A stretch of DNA of 63,860 nt, counting the filler, from Octopus bimaculoides (lineage: Eukaryota): NCBI RefSeq assembly GCF_001194135.2. It is 5 parts of 4 records of this genome, joined end to end, with 100 filler letters (N's around TTAATTAATTAA, not from the genome) between each part and the next. Parts side by side here need not be neighbours in the genome. Positions count along the whole stretch, not along the records: positions 1 to 30,889 come from NC_068985.1; 4 more parts are not named here. One strand, written 5' to 3'. The notes beneath the pieces are model-generated. The model saw only the letters and a list, made by a program, of their open reading frames with translations, was not told the origin of the DNA and searched no databases. Shown piece by piece: positions 11,561-23,935 of the stretch. Each line of letters starts with the position of its first letter. Within the stretch, counting starts at the first letter, position 1. Position numbers and translations under genes: made by a program.

Positions 11561-14500
11561 AAAATAACCTCATACTGAGTGCTATTAAAAAAGGCGAGAT
11601 AAATTTTGTGTTGAACAATCCTTCTCGGATGACAATTACAACTAAGGTAAAAAGTGAAAATTAGAGATTGATCGATACTAATAATTAGAAATAAAAAAAT
11701 TACAAATTCTACAAACTAATTCGAGATAATCTGTGAAGTGGCAACGAAGAAACCTGCCTGAAGCATCTGAATTTAAGATATGCGAACTTATTTCTTTAAA
11801 AATAAAAAAATGTTCTTTGTGCTTTTCTTATAATTTAAAATAATCGAGTTCGAAATTAAATCAAGGATTCACATTATCGACTTCAAGCAGTTGTTATCTA
11901 ACCCCAGGCCAGCCCACACCAAACGGACGAATGATTGATAAAGAAAAAAATTCAACAGCTGCCACGTACCCCCGCCTTCTTTTCTTTTTTTCTTCTAAAA
12001 TAATAATGTACGACTATGTTCCAATGGAATCTACCTCTTTCAATACATTAGAGTGCAAATTGGAGGCAAGTTATCTACTCCTTCTAAAAGTACCGAAAAC
12101 CACGTAGAAGCTCTTTTCTTGGCTAGTTTCCTTTCTGTATGTTAGAGAAGGAGGGTTTGATGGTAAGTCTGAACATCTAAAGATCAATACGTTGAGAGAA
12201 AACGTGAGTAGAGAGAGAGGCAGGATTCTTGTAACCAAGTGAACTCAACAATGGGTTGCTAAGGACCAGGTTGTAGTGCTAAATCGAGTGGGACGTTATT
12301 CCCGCAAAGATGTGAAAACATATAGTAGATTTAAATTTATTCAACAATATTAGATTTAAATCAGTTCTACAATAAATGCCGCTGACGAAACATTATTAAC
12401 TGGTTGTACTGAACGATATTTCATATGTATGAAATATTTATTTCACCAATTCGGTGCATAATTTTATAGATTTAAATTCGTTGTAATACAGTTTCTGAAA
12501 TAAGGAAAAAAATTTTCTGCTAGGGAATTAATATCAGTCTTAAATGTAATAACATTTTTGACTACCATCTATCATTCTGTCTCTAGAGATTTGAGAAGAA
12601 TTCCAATTTGCAATTAACTACGAACGTGTTTAAGTGTTTTTCATAGATTCTTAGGGGAAGTTGAGAAACTACTTAATGTTCAATAAATTTCCATATTTAT
12701 CAAAATAATTGAATATCGAAGTATTCGTTTCCTTCAAATATGAGCAGACGATAAGTTGTTTTTTGTTTTTGTTTTTGTTTTTTTTTCCCCATTTTGGTGG
12801 GGTTTTTTATCCACCAATGTCAGCAACACAACGGTCAATATTTTAATCGTTTTTCGCAGTTTGGATTCAATGTCTTCTTTGCTACTACGGTAGATTGCCA
12901 TGTAAAATAAATTAAACTACTTTCCTTATTATTTAAACGATTTTTCCCATAAAATAAATTAATGAATGAATCTAGAAAGAAAATTNNNNNNNNNNNNNNN
13001 NNNNNNNNNNNNNNNNNNNNNNNNNNNNNNNNNNNNNNNNNNNNNNNNNNNNNNNNNNNNNNNNNNNNNNNNNNNNNNNNNNNNNNNNNNNNNNNNNNNN
13101 NNNNNNNNNNNNNNNNNNNNNNNNNNNNNNNNNNNNNNNNNNNNNNNNNNNNNNNNNNNNNNNNNNNNNNNNNNNNNNNNNNNNNNNNNNNNNNNNNNNN
13201 NNNNNNNNNNNNNNNNNNNNNNNNNNNNNNNNNNNNNNNNNNNNNNNNNAATAAACCGTGGTCTCAGGCGTAACTATGATGAAGAATAGAAAGACGATGT
13301 TTCTGCAAGATTTTGCATGATAAGCGTCCATAAAGAACGGATTACAAAACAATGAGTTGTAGCTTATTCACAAAGTAATGGTTAAATCTGGACAAGACTA
13401 AAGAAATTGAAAAATTCATTGAATAAAATGGCGAATAAAATCGTCTGTTTTCCTTTCATTCCGATGTTGTGAATTCTCTTGTGCTGCCATAAAATTACAA
13501 CTATTTTGTCAGAGAATAATTTTATCGAGTTTCGTGTTTAGTTTTTAATGATTTTTTTTTTTTTAGTTTTATAATGAACTACGTGCAATATTTTAAAATA
13601 AAGGAGATTGATTAGTATCAAATAACAAAGAAATAACCAATGAATTTATTATTTTTGTTTCATTTTAATGTGTTTTCATTGCGAGGTATTTTATTCGGCA
13701 CACATGCATACACGTTTCACACTGTCATAAGTTCACACACATCATGTTATAAAGGTTTATATGTGATGCATACACACGCTAGAATACTTGTATTTACACG
13801 TGAACATTTTTATTTTACAATTCCAACATTATAGCACGTTGGATATTTCACGAATGTACAAAGAGAAAGTTACAAGCAGCTATAGTGAACAATTCAGTTT
13901 AAAAACCAAGAGAAATTTTAATTAGTTTGAAGGTAATGCTTCTGTCTTTGTCAGTCTGTCAGCCCGTCCCTATACACGCATATACACATACAAGAGAAGA
14001 AGCGAGCATAACTGAATTGTGAGGAATTTTAATTTTCAACGTAGTGTCCCAGGTTCAATCCGGTTGCAAGTCTCCTTGTCCGAGCGTCATCTATCATCTA
14101 TTTTGAGCTCGAGTTGGTTTTAAGCCTTCGAAATCTGAGTAAATGGAAACCCGTTTCATGGACTGTATCAGGTACCGAAAGGAGCAGCCATATCAAACAT
14201 TTTGTCAAGTTTGTACTCTTAACATCTTCACAGGTATTGAGTCGGCAGAATCGTTACCGCGCCGGAAAAAAAATGCTCATCAGTATTTTTTACGTACTGA
14301 GTTCAAATGCCGCCAGAGTCGATTTTCTTTTTCATCCTTTCGGGGCCAATAAAATAAGTACCATTTGAAGACTGGGGTCGATGTAACTGACTTACTCCCT
14401 CCCCTCGCAGTTGCTGGCCTTGTGCCAAAATTTGAAACTAATACTTTACCCAGTCTGCTGAGTATGACGTTAAGAGTACAGATGTGTTCGGGCAATACTA

Positions 14501-16551
14501 AGCTAGTTACACAATAATTCAATAAGCAGATAGTTCCGTTGATCGAACAACTGGAATATTCATTGTTGCAATCAACAGAGGTCCACTAACACGCACACAA
14601 AATCAAATCGTAATCTTGATACTCTATACGAGATTCTTTGGTCAAATCGTCGGACAAATTAAATTGCGTATTTAGTTATGCCTTTTCACGTTCTGCATTT
14701 AAATTATTTTCATCCACTCTAGATCAATAAGATAAGTATTGTTCGAGCACTGAGATCGATTAATCGAAACTACACTATTCTTCGAAAAGTTTGCCACTAC
14801 TTTCCTCAAAATTTCCCTTTTTCGCTAAAAGTAGAAGCAATTATTGTCAGTATCACTGCCGCATCACATCAGACGGTGTGTTTGAATTCAATTCTGCAAC
14901 ATTTCAGGCAATAGAATCAATTAATTACTCACGCAGGTCTTCCATTAAGTGAAATAAAACAACCTAGTATTATTATAAAATCTCTTTTTTAAAGTGTTTT
15001 GAGTGAAACTTAGAAGAGAAAAGCTTTATAGAGTGCCATGGGAGAGACCGTCCTGTTGTTGGATAGCAGGCTTAATCTTTCACCTGTTTAATAGTACAAG
15101 GCCACGCTGCTGCTAGCGTTCAGTTTAGGACATTAACCAGAGTATAACTACTTCCTTCTCCATCAGTCTCGAAGGATCTGCAGAGTCATGATTGCTGTCC
15201 TACCTCTTCTATAAATAAAATTCATATATGCAAATTAGTCAGTTTCTCAGTGTTATCCTCATTTTTGTCTACTTTATATAGTAGCGAACGGATGCTAACT
15301 TGAAGACGGCCGGTTAGGTCAACAAACCGTTAACTTCTTTATTTTTCAGCACGTTAATAATATACAAAAGGACGTGCTTACATTCTTCTTTAACCCGCAA
15401 AGTTTAAATTTATTTGAGTTCTTCTAAATATTATATATCTTTCAATTTAATTTTACTCTGCAACAAATTCCATTGGTTTAGGTGTATGTTAAACCGGCTG
15501 TAATCAGCACATTGTACTCCAACCACACAAGGGAATTACGGGTATAACGGGCATTCATAACTTAAGTATTCTTTTTCTTACGAAGCTAGTCACTAGAAAA
15601 ATTTCGAAGTTACTGTCAATCTTTTCTTTCTACAAAGGAAGTAGATACTCCATATATACACATTGAGTATAGTTTGTATTTTGCTTGGATGTCATTATAT
15701 ATATTCTATAGAAATTTTCATATATCTAGATTCCCTAGAGTTGTTGATGTAATCTTCTGACATACCATACACACCCCCACACACACATATATATACACAC
15801 ATATATCAGAGGAAATTCTATCAGCGTCACTCGGGCTCATCACAGATTTCGCATGAGACACGTGCCTGCTCGAAGTACTTCACGTTTTTCCGCAATATTT
15901 CTAGTTCCAAATGGCTTATTTTTCATATCTAGCATTATGTCTCTCTATTTCTAAGTTAAGGGCAAAACACAACTGATCTTTACACACAGACGCACAGAAT
16001 AACAGCAATCAAACAACGACAGCGGAGTTCACAACAAACAACAGCGATCTGACTGCAGTCTGTGCTCTTGACAAGAGATGCCAGTTAGTCTTTTACACCT
16101 ACCAGGCTCGCTCGTATTACCCCGAGTTGCTGGATAATTTTTCGTTAAGAATATTGTAGAACGGAAACTTTTCATGGATTGGAATTTAAATCTTAATCTT
16201 TATAGAAATCTATTGTTTCAATAAAACATTGAATTTTAATTACTTTTAATTTTTACGATCATAGATAACAACTCGGGCTGTAACTTCTAATCACGAGTCA
16301 GGCACTTGTCGAGAGAACGTCTGCGACGAATGATATTTTTGACACGGGGCACCTCTAACACGACCGGCAAACACTGAACGAAAATGAATGAACTGCGACC
16401 AGGGCCAATAAAAGGAGCCCGAGTTACTGGCTGAAATTACATACTTGAAGTCAGTGTTGGCAGAGATTAAATCAACTTGTAAATACACGTTCACTTTACT
16501 AAATTTGTACTCAGGCTAAGGCCGAACAGCCAGAGTGCCAGAGTCACCACT

Positions 16552-16595
<44 letters not shown>

Positions 16596-16953
16596 NNNNN
16601 NNNNNNNNNNNNNNNNNNNNNNNNNNNNNNNNNNNNNNNNNNNNNNNNNNNNNNNNNNNNNNNNNNNNNNNNNNNNNNNNNNNNNNNNNNNNNNNNNNNN
16701 NNNNNNNNNNNNNNNNNNNNNNNNNNNNNNNNNNNNNNNNNNNNNNNNNNNNNNNNNNNNNNNNNNNNNNNNNNNNNNNNNNNNNNNNNNNNNNNNNNNN
16801 NNNNNNNNNNCGTATATGGTTGAAGCATCGGTAAAACAATTATGTTCTGTTGATCCGGTGAGCTCGCTTTCTTTATCTGCACTGATGTGTAAATATATAA
16901 CTGACTTGTATAATGCACAACATGCATATTAGAGCAGACATGCAAACATTATA

Positions 16954-16997
<44 letters not shown>

Positions 16998-17089
16998 TAT
17001 ACATATAGATGTATATATATGTGTGTATATATATATATGTGTATATATATACGTATATATGTGTATATATATATGTATATATATACATA

Positions 17090-17123
<34 letters not shown>

Positions 17124-17250
17124 CGCATTCATATATGTGTGTATGTGTGTGAAACCTTGTGTTGGATTTGTTTTTAATGTTGTGCACCTATATATGCTAT
17201 AGGGTACTGATTATTTGTATAAGGATCGATAAGATCTTTATGCGAATCCT

Positions 17251-17286
<36 letters not shown>

Positions 17287-18206
17287 ATACATGTTCTTGG
17301 AACGATATTATTGACTGGACTCTTGAAAGTGGTATCCAGCAGGTTTGTAGTTTGATTGCTGAAGCCAGTAAAAAAAAACTGGATAAGAATCGAAACAAAA
17401 GAACCGACTGCTGAACATTTTCTATCAACCAAACTTCACTGAAATAACTTTGTTCAATCTGAAACTGTAGTTGAAGAGACTTGTTCTTAGCATATCATGC
17501 ACTGAAATCGAACCTGGAAATATTTGCAAAAAGAATTGAAATTGTTTACCACACAATCATGTCTATGCCAATCAGTCTTGATAGTTGTGTCATTAGCTAA
17601 TACTTTTATAATTCGTAAGTATACATAGAAGCCGGCAATTATCTCGGATTTCTGCGGTATCAAGTTATTTGAATAAATCTAGTCTGCTACATAAGACACT
17701 GGTTTATTTCAACGAGTGTATTCCACACAGCATTGCGTATTATATATTCTATACAGCAGTACAATACATTAGAGTCATCATCAATTAGAAGGAAATGCTG
17801 CCTCTAGCAATGAACTTACTCAACTTGTCGTACCTGCTTGGAGTTCAAGGAACTTGGTCGTTTATTATTAAGTGATGCAAGTAATTATGGCTAAGAAATT
17901 CACTTCGCACCCAATTGGTTTCGGATTCGATCCCACAGTGCAGCAACATGGGTGAATTCCATAAAGTATGTTTAAACGATGCCAAATGAATGGAATTTGG
18001 TAGACGGGAACTGTGTGGAAACAAATCCAGTATACATTTGTGACTTTGTGGGGGAAGATGAATGCGCGTGTACGTATATATGCCACGCGAAATATATAAA
18101 CAACGTCGAAAGAGTTGAAAGCTACGCTCTGTTCGTTCTCCCAACTGCAAAGTCATTTCTCTGTCATTCCCATCGTTGTAAATAGAATAAACTAATAACT
18201 AGCCCA

Positions 18207-18950
18207 TAGGAAATTATTAAGATATCTTCAGTTTGGCTCAAAGATTTTTTAACTCTTTTTTTCTTAACTAAACAGTTTGAAACTTTGTATACTGGTGTAA
18301 TTTCTCACGCTGAACACTGTTTACTTTCAACATTTTTGACAAAATTTTGTATTTTAGAAGTTATTTCGTGTTAAAGTTGTCGTATTTGGGTAATTTTAAC
18401 CAATCAATGACGTGTATTCAGCTGAAGAAAACTACTGCTGTTTGCGATAGCAATCGAAGAGCAACAACTTCCGGGTCATCTTTACTAAATGTATTTTTCA
18501 ACTACGTGTGGATTATTCGGTGTGTTCTGTAGCTTGGCTGTGTTTTTTGGCTTACGCATGGATATTTTACTTACTGCCCGTGATTATTTTCACCACTCTG
18601 TTCAGTTTTATTTTTGTTTACTGCCTATTTTGCATATTACACGGTTTGTTTATTGTTTAGTATTTTTTTTGTTTTTTTGGGGGTTTTTTTTTGCTTTTCG
18701 TAGAAATGACCCGGAAGTTTTTGCTCTTCGCTTGCTATCGCAAACAGCAGTAGGTTTTCTTCAGCTAAATACACGTCTTTGATTACTTAAAATTACCCAA
18801 ATATGACAACTTTAATACGAAATAAATGTTGAAAGTAAACCGTGTTCAGCGTGAAAAATTGCACCAGTATACGAAGTTTCAAACTGTTTAGTTAAAGAAA
18901 ATAATTTAAAAGATCTGTCACCCAAACTGTAGAGATCTAATTATTACCTA
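18207..18950. mobile_element. Long-TIR foldback element / MITE
   Basis: Arms ~18207-18490 and ~18695-18950 are reverse complements (e.g. CTACTGCTGTTTGCGATAGCAA / TTGCTATCGCAAACAGCAGTAG; CTTCCGGGTCAT / ATGACCCGGAAG) around a ~200-bp T-rich spacer. Confidence 0.8.
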
Positions 18951-19159
18951 ATGACTTTATTATTTATACAATGCATATCACGATACGAAATTTTAAAAGT
19001 CAAAAAGAGTTATGGGCATAAATACGTCACAGCGATGCGAGCCATCGAGCTCGCTTCTTGCTTTCTCTTACTATAATCATGTCGGTCACTAATTTTCTAC
19101 ATCACACCCTATGAAAAGTATTATATGGTCAGCCATTGTTATGATCGGCCATTATTATG

Positions 19160-19350
19160 ATTGACCGTTGACTGAACACTATTCAATTTTTTTTCTCCGT
19201 GTTTTTCTCCTTGTCTCCGTATTCTTTCTGTTGAAGAGCGTAGCTCGAAACGTCAAAGACTTTCCGTATTCCCGAGCGTCATACTAATATATACTTTTGT
19301 TATTTACACCACCTGTCCTCGTCTGTTGTTATTATTTGTATATTCTCCCA
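19160..19350 (+). mobile_element. Penelope-type pseudo-LTR/short repeat carrying a minimal hammerhead motif
   Basis: Near-identical inverted copy at 30390-30580; hammerhead architecture at 19223-19259. Confidence 0.7.
19223..19259 (+). ncRNA. Minimal type-I hammerhead ribozyme motif (variant core)
   Basis: TCTTT-CTGTTGA-A-GAGC(GTA)GCTC-GAAAC-GTC-AAAGA: stem I, stem II, GAAA and GUC site with a palindromic ACGT stem III. Confidence 0.65.
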
Positions 19351-21109
19351 TATATATATATATATATATATANNNNNNNNNNNNNNNNNNNNNNNNNNNN
19401 NNNNNNNNNNNNNNNNNNNNNNNNNNNNNNNNNNNNNNNNNNNNNNNNNNNNNNNNNNNNNNNNNNNNNNNNNNNNNNNNNNNNNNNNNNNNNNNNNNNN
19501 NNNNNNNNNNNNNNNNNNNNNNNNNNNNNNNNNNNNNNNNNNNNNNNNNNNNNNNNNNNNNNNNNNNNNNNNNNNNNNNNNNNNNNNNNNNNNNNNNNNN
19601 NNNNNNNNNNNNNNNNNNNNNNNNNNNNNNNNNNNNNNNNNNNNNNNNNNNNNNNNNNNNNNNNNNNNNNNNNNNNNNNNNNNNNNNNNNNNNNNNNNNN
19701 NNNNNNNNNNNNNNNNNNNNNNNNNNNNNNNNNNNNNNNNNNNNNNNNNNNNNNNNNNNNNNNNNNNNNNNNNNNNNNNNNNNNNNNNNNNNNNNNNNNN
19801 NNNNNNNNNNNNNNNNNNNNNNNNNNNNNNNNNNNNNNNNNNNNNNNNNNNNNNNNNNNNNNAGAGAGAGAGAGATTGGGTAGATAGACTGAGACAGAAA
19901 CAGACAGACAGGCACATACATACATACATACATACATACATACATACATACATACATACATACATACATAGTGGACTTTTCATCCTTGATGTCAGAAATA
20001 AATGGAATAAAAGTACTACGGTTACAGTCAATTTATTAGAATGTATTCGATCGTAAACTACACCAAAGGTGTTACAATATTTTATAGCCATTTAAATATT
20101 ACATTTGCAATATATAGATTGACGCAAACGCTTGTGACGCGGTTGATATAGACACCTGAAAGGTAGCTTGACATAATCTGAGCACATTATCATTATCTCT
20201 GATAATTATGAACAAGTACCTGACTTGTATTGGACTTTGAGCACTGACAGAGAAGAAAATTGCCAATGACAAGAGCATTTCTTGCGCGGCAGTTCAGTTC
20301 AGATGTGAATTGAATGAAGTTTGAGTAATCGTGTGCTTTTATATTAATCGCGATGATGATGATGAGGATGTTAGCCTCACCACACCTCACACAGGCAGAA
20401 AAATCTATATGATAATTTGGTAATTAAAGAAAAATGAAGAGATGTCAAGGATAATAATGATTATAATGATGACGACGACGACGATAGCGACGATGGCGAT
20501 GATGATGATGATGATGACCACAACGATAACGATGATGATGATGTTGATGATAACGACCACGACAATGATGATGTTGATGCTAGCGATGACAACGGCGTGG
20601 ATGATGTATGTGGTAAAGATGTCAAAGATAGGGACAGTATTTATCAAGATCTTTTTTATAATGTGTTCAAGCTTGATATAAACTGGCAGCCGCTGATGTT
20701 TAACCCCAGGTCTGTTCGGATCTGTAGACTTATAATCAAAAAAGCATGTCCCCATCTATTTTTGGTTTTGTTTTGTTTCTTTTTATCAGGAAAAGAACTT
20801 ACTACATTGGCAAACGTTTGCTATAAGAAGGCAGGTATGATTTGAGAGAAATTTGACTGCTCTATCTATCAGCCAAATCTCCCTCAAGTCGCACCATGTT
20901 GTCGCTAGCTCGTAAAATGAAGGTACAACTGGTTCATCAAAGCATATGTTATTTAATGCCAATTTACACAACCCGAGAATTGCCTGTAGAAGTCTGAGAG
21001 AACGAAACTTCGTTTAGGGGATGTTTTTAATAAAACTGGCACAATACTAGGATGTGTATGTACGTGTGTCTGAATGTATATGTGTAATTATGTGCGTACA
21101 TATTCTTTT

Positions 21110-21528
21110 ACTATTTTACTATTTTACTTCTGTCAGTCATTTGACTGCGGCCATGCTGGAGCATCGCCTTTTGCCGAACAAATCAACCCCAGGACTTATT
21201 CTTTGTAAGCGTAGTAGTTATTCTATCGGTCTCTCTTTGCCGAACCACAGTTACGGGGACGTAAACACCAGCATCAGCTTCAAGCGACGGTGGTGGATAA
21301 ACACAGAATACATATACATACATACATACATGGGCTTCTTTCAGTTTCCGTCTACCAAATCCACTCACAAAGTTTTGGTCCGCTCGAGGTTATAGTAGAA
21401 GGCACTTGCCCAAAGTGTCACACGGTGGGACTGAACCCGGGTCCATGTGGTTGGTAAGCAAGCTAATTACTACATAGCCGCTCCTGCACCAGTAGCTACT
21501 CCTGCGCCAATAGCCACTCCTGCGCCTA
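21110..21528 (-). mobile_element. tRNA-derived SINE family A, full length
   Basis: Head with A/B-box-like motifs, GTGGATTTGGTAGACGGAAACTGAAAGAAGCCC core, internal microsatellite and GCTCCAGCATGGCCGCAGTCAAATGACTGA tail. Confidence 0.9.
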
Positions 21529-22225
21529 TGTGTATATGAATGTTTGACCTCAGATGAGGGCACTGAAATGTCCACTTCTTTAGTGTACATGTGCAATCGC
21601 GAGCTAATGAATCTAAGTGCTCCTACTTAGTCACTTACCTGCTAGAAATAGAAGGCAATCTCTCTCAAATTGAATAGTCTTTCAAAGTGGACAGGGAATA
21701 CACTTGATGGTGTAGACGTAGCAGAAGAAGGGATGATTACGGTTAGAACAGCTCTGATCTTCGGTTATTCAATTAGAGTTGGAACGAAGCAACAGCAACA
21801 CTAGTCTGATAATTGGGATTATTAATATGAGAAAAGCATTTCAGAGAATAATAGTTTCTTTACATGAAAGAAAAAATACCAATTACATCGCACAAACCTA
21901 TTCATCATTGTTGTATTGACACATTATAGAAAGACTCATCTTGACAACACCAGCTTACATGTTCGTTTTTCCAACTTGCAACATGCATTCAAACGATATC
22001 TCGATACACTTACAAATCTTACACAAAGACTTTTTGACGGCTCCAACAACAAAGACATCCTAGATACGCCATCTTAACTGTCATTGACATCAGTAAAATA
22101 TTTCAATTTATTCTCTGCTATACACTTATACACAAATTATTCAAAAACTTATGAAACAACGAAAAACATTTTTCGAAACTGTCACTCAAAGTTAGCAAAG
22201 TTGCACAGAGTACAACAATGATCTA

Positions 22226-23432
22226 TCAGGTTGACTAAAAAGTAAGCAACGTTTTGAAACATGAAATTCATCACAATATATTTCAACAATACGGAAATAT
22301 TATTCGTCTAAGTAAGTACCATTACAATCAACACATTTATATACCAACGAGTTTTGTTTATTACGGTAACATGAAATCTGGAGCTGATGAACTCTTTCAT
22401 CTCACTTTCAGCATCGGTTTGAATTTTGAACTCCTTCTCTCGCAGGAAACCATTAAGGTGCTTGAAAAAGTGGTAGTCGGTAGGAGAAAGGTCTGGGGAA
22501 TAAGCTGGGTGGGGAAGAACTTCGTAGCCAAGTTCCCTCAACTTCTAGAGCGTCATTAGTGAAACCCGTGGTCGATCATTGATCAAAGTGTTCATCAGCT
22601 CCAGATTTTTATGTTACCGTAATAAACAAAACTCGTTGGTAAAAATGTGTTGATTGTTATGGAACTTTGATGAATAAAATTTCCACATTGTTGAAATATA
22701 TTGTGATCAATTTCATGTTTCAACACGTTGCTTACTTTTTAGTCAGCCTGTTGACCAGTCTGGGACGANNNNNNNNNNNNNNNNNNNNNNNNNNNNNNNN
22801 NNNNNNNNNNNNNNNNNNNNNNNNNNNNNNNNNNNNNNNNNNNNNNNNNNNNNNNNNACACCACCAAACAGTCACCATAACCTTCTTTCTGAAGAGCTCG
22901 GTTTAGGGAAAGCTTTCGGTGCTTCATTTTGGTCCAACCATTGCGAAGAATATTTTTTATTATTGTATAGAATCCACTTTTCATCACAAGTTACAATACG
23001 GTCGAGAAATGGATCGGTCTGGTTATGGAGAAGAAGCGACGAGCAAATTTCATATCTGCGCATTTTCTGATTTTCCTTCAAATTGTGTGGTACTTATTTG
23101 TCGAGCTTTTTTGATTTTCCGATCGCATGCAAATGGATGCAGGCGAACTTGATGTTCTCTTGCCAGTTCTCGAGTGATTTTACGAGGGTTTTTCTCAGTG
23201 ACGGTCTTTAATTGACAGTCATGATAGATGGGCGTCCTCTACGCTCACAATTTTCAACACTCAGGTCTCCACTGCGAAATCGTTTAAACCATTTTCTAGC
23301 TGATCACTCACTGGTCATTTCCTCACCAAACGTTTCGTTGATATCGCGAACAGTTTCAGCTCCTTTGCGTCCGTTTTTGAAGTTGAAGTTGAATAGCAAA
23401 ATTGCTCGAACGTTGTGCTTTTACAGTTCCAT
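22226..23432 (-). mobile_element. Degenerate mariner (DD34D-type) transposase, rearranged
   Basis: Minus-strand fragments: ATG at 23432 (MEL*KHNVRAILLFNF..NGRKGAETVRDINETFGEE, HTH region), DPFLDRIVTCDEKWILYNN (first catalytic D) and YEVLPHPAYSPDLSPTDYHFFKHL (YSPDL motif). Terminal repeat TCAGGTTGACTAAAAAGTAAGCAACG follows a TA at 22224-22225. Stops, frameshifts and an internal N gap are present. Confidence 0.92.
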
Positions 23433-23554
23433 TTCAGATGATTGTAACAATGGTGAAAAAAATATCAGTGCTAATTTATTGATGCATTTGGACAAATGTC
23501 TTATGCCTTCTTCTAAATAGCAAATCAAAGATTAGACACTACAAGGCATCACAT

Positions 23555-23935
23555 ATAGGCGCAGGCGTGGCTGTGTAGCAAGAAGCTTGCTTCTTAACCA
23601 CATGGCTCCGGGTTCAATCCCACCGGGTGGAACCTTGGGCAAGTGTCTTCTACTATAGCCTTGGGTCGATCAAAGCCTTGTGAGTGAATTTGTTAGAGGG
23701 AAACTGAAAGAAGCCCATCGAATGTGTGTGTGTCTTTGTGACTGTATTTGTACCCCCACCATTACGTGACAACTAGTGTTGGTGTGTTTATGTCTCTGTA
23801 ACTTAGTGGTTCTGCAAAAGAGACTGATAGAATAAGTCCTGGGGTTGATTTGTTCGACTAAAACCCTTCAAGGGGGTGCTCCAGCATAGCCGCAGTCAAA
23901 CTACTGAAACAAGTAAAATAATAAACGAATAAAAG
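23555..23935 (+). mobile_element. SINE family A, full length
   Basis: GGCGCAGGCGTGGCTGTG head, GGGTTCAATCCC B box, same body and tail; inserted next to the mariner 5' region. Confidence 0.9.
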
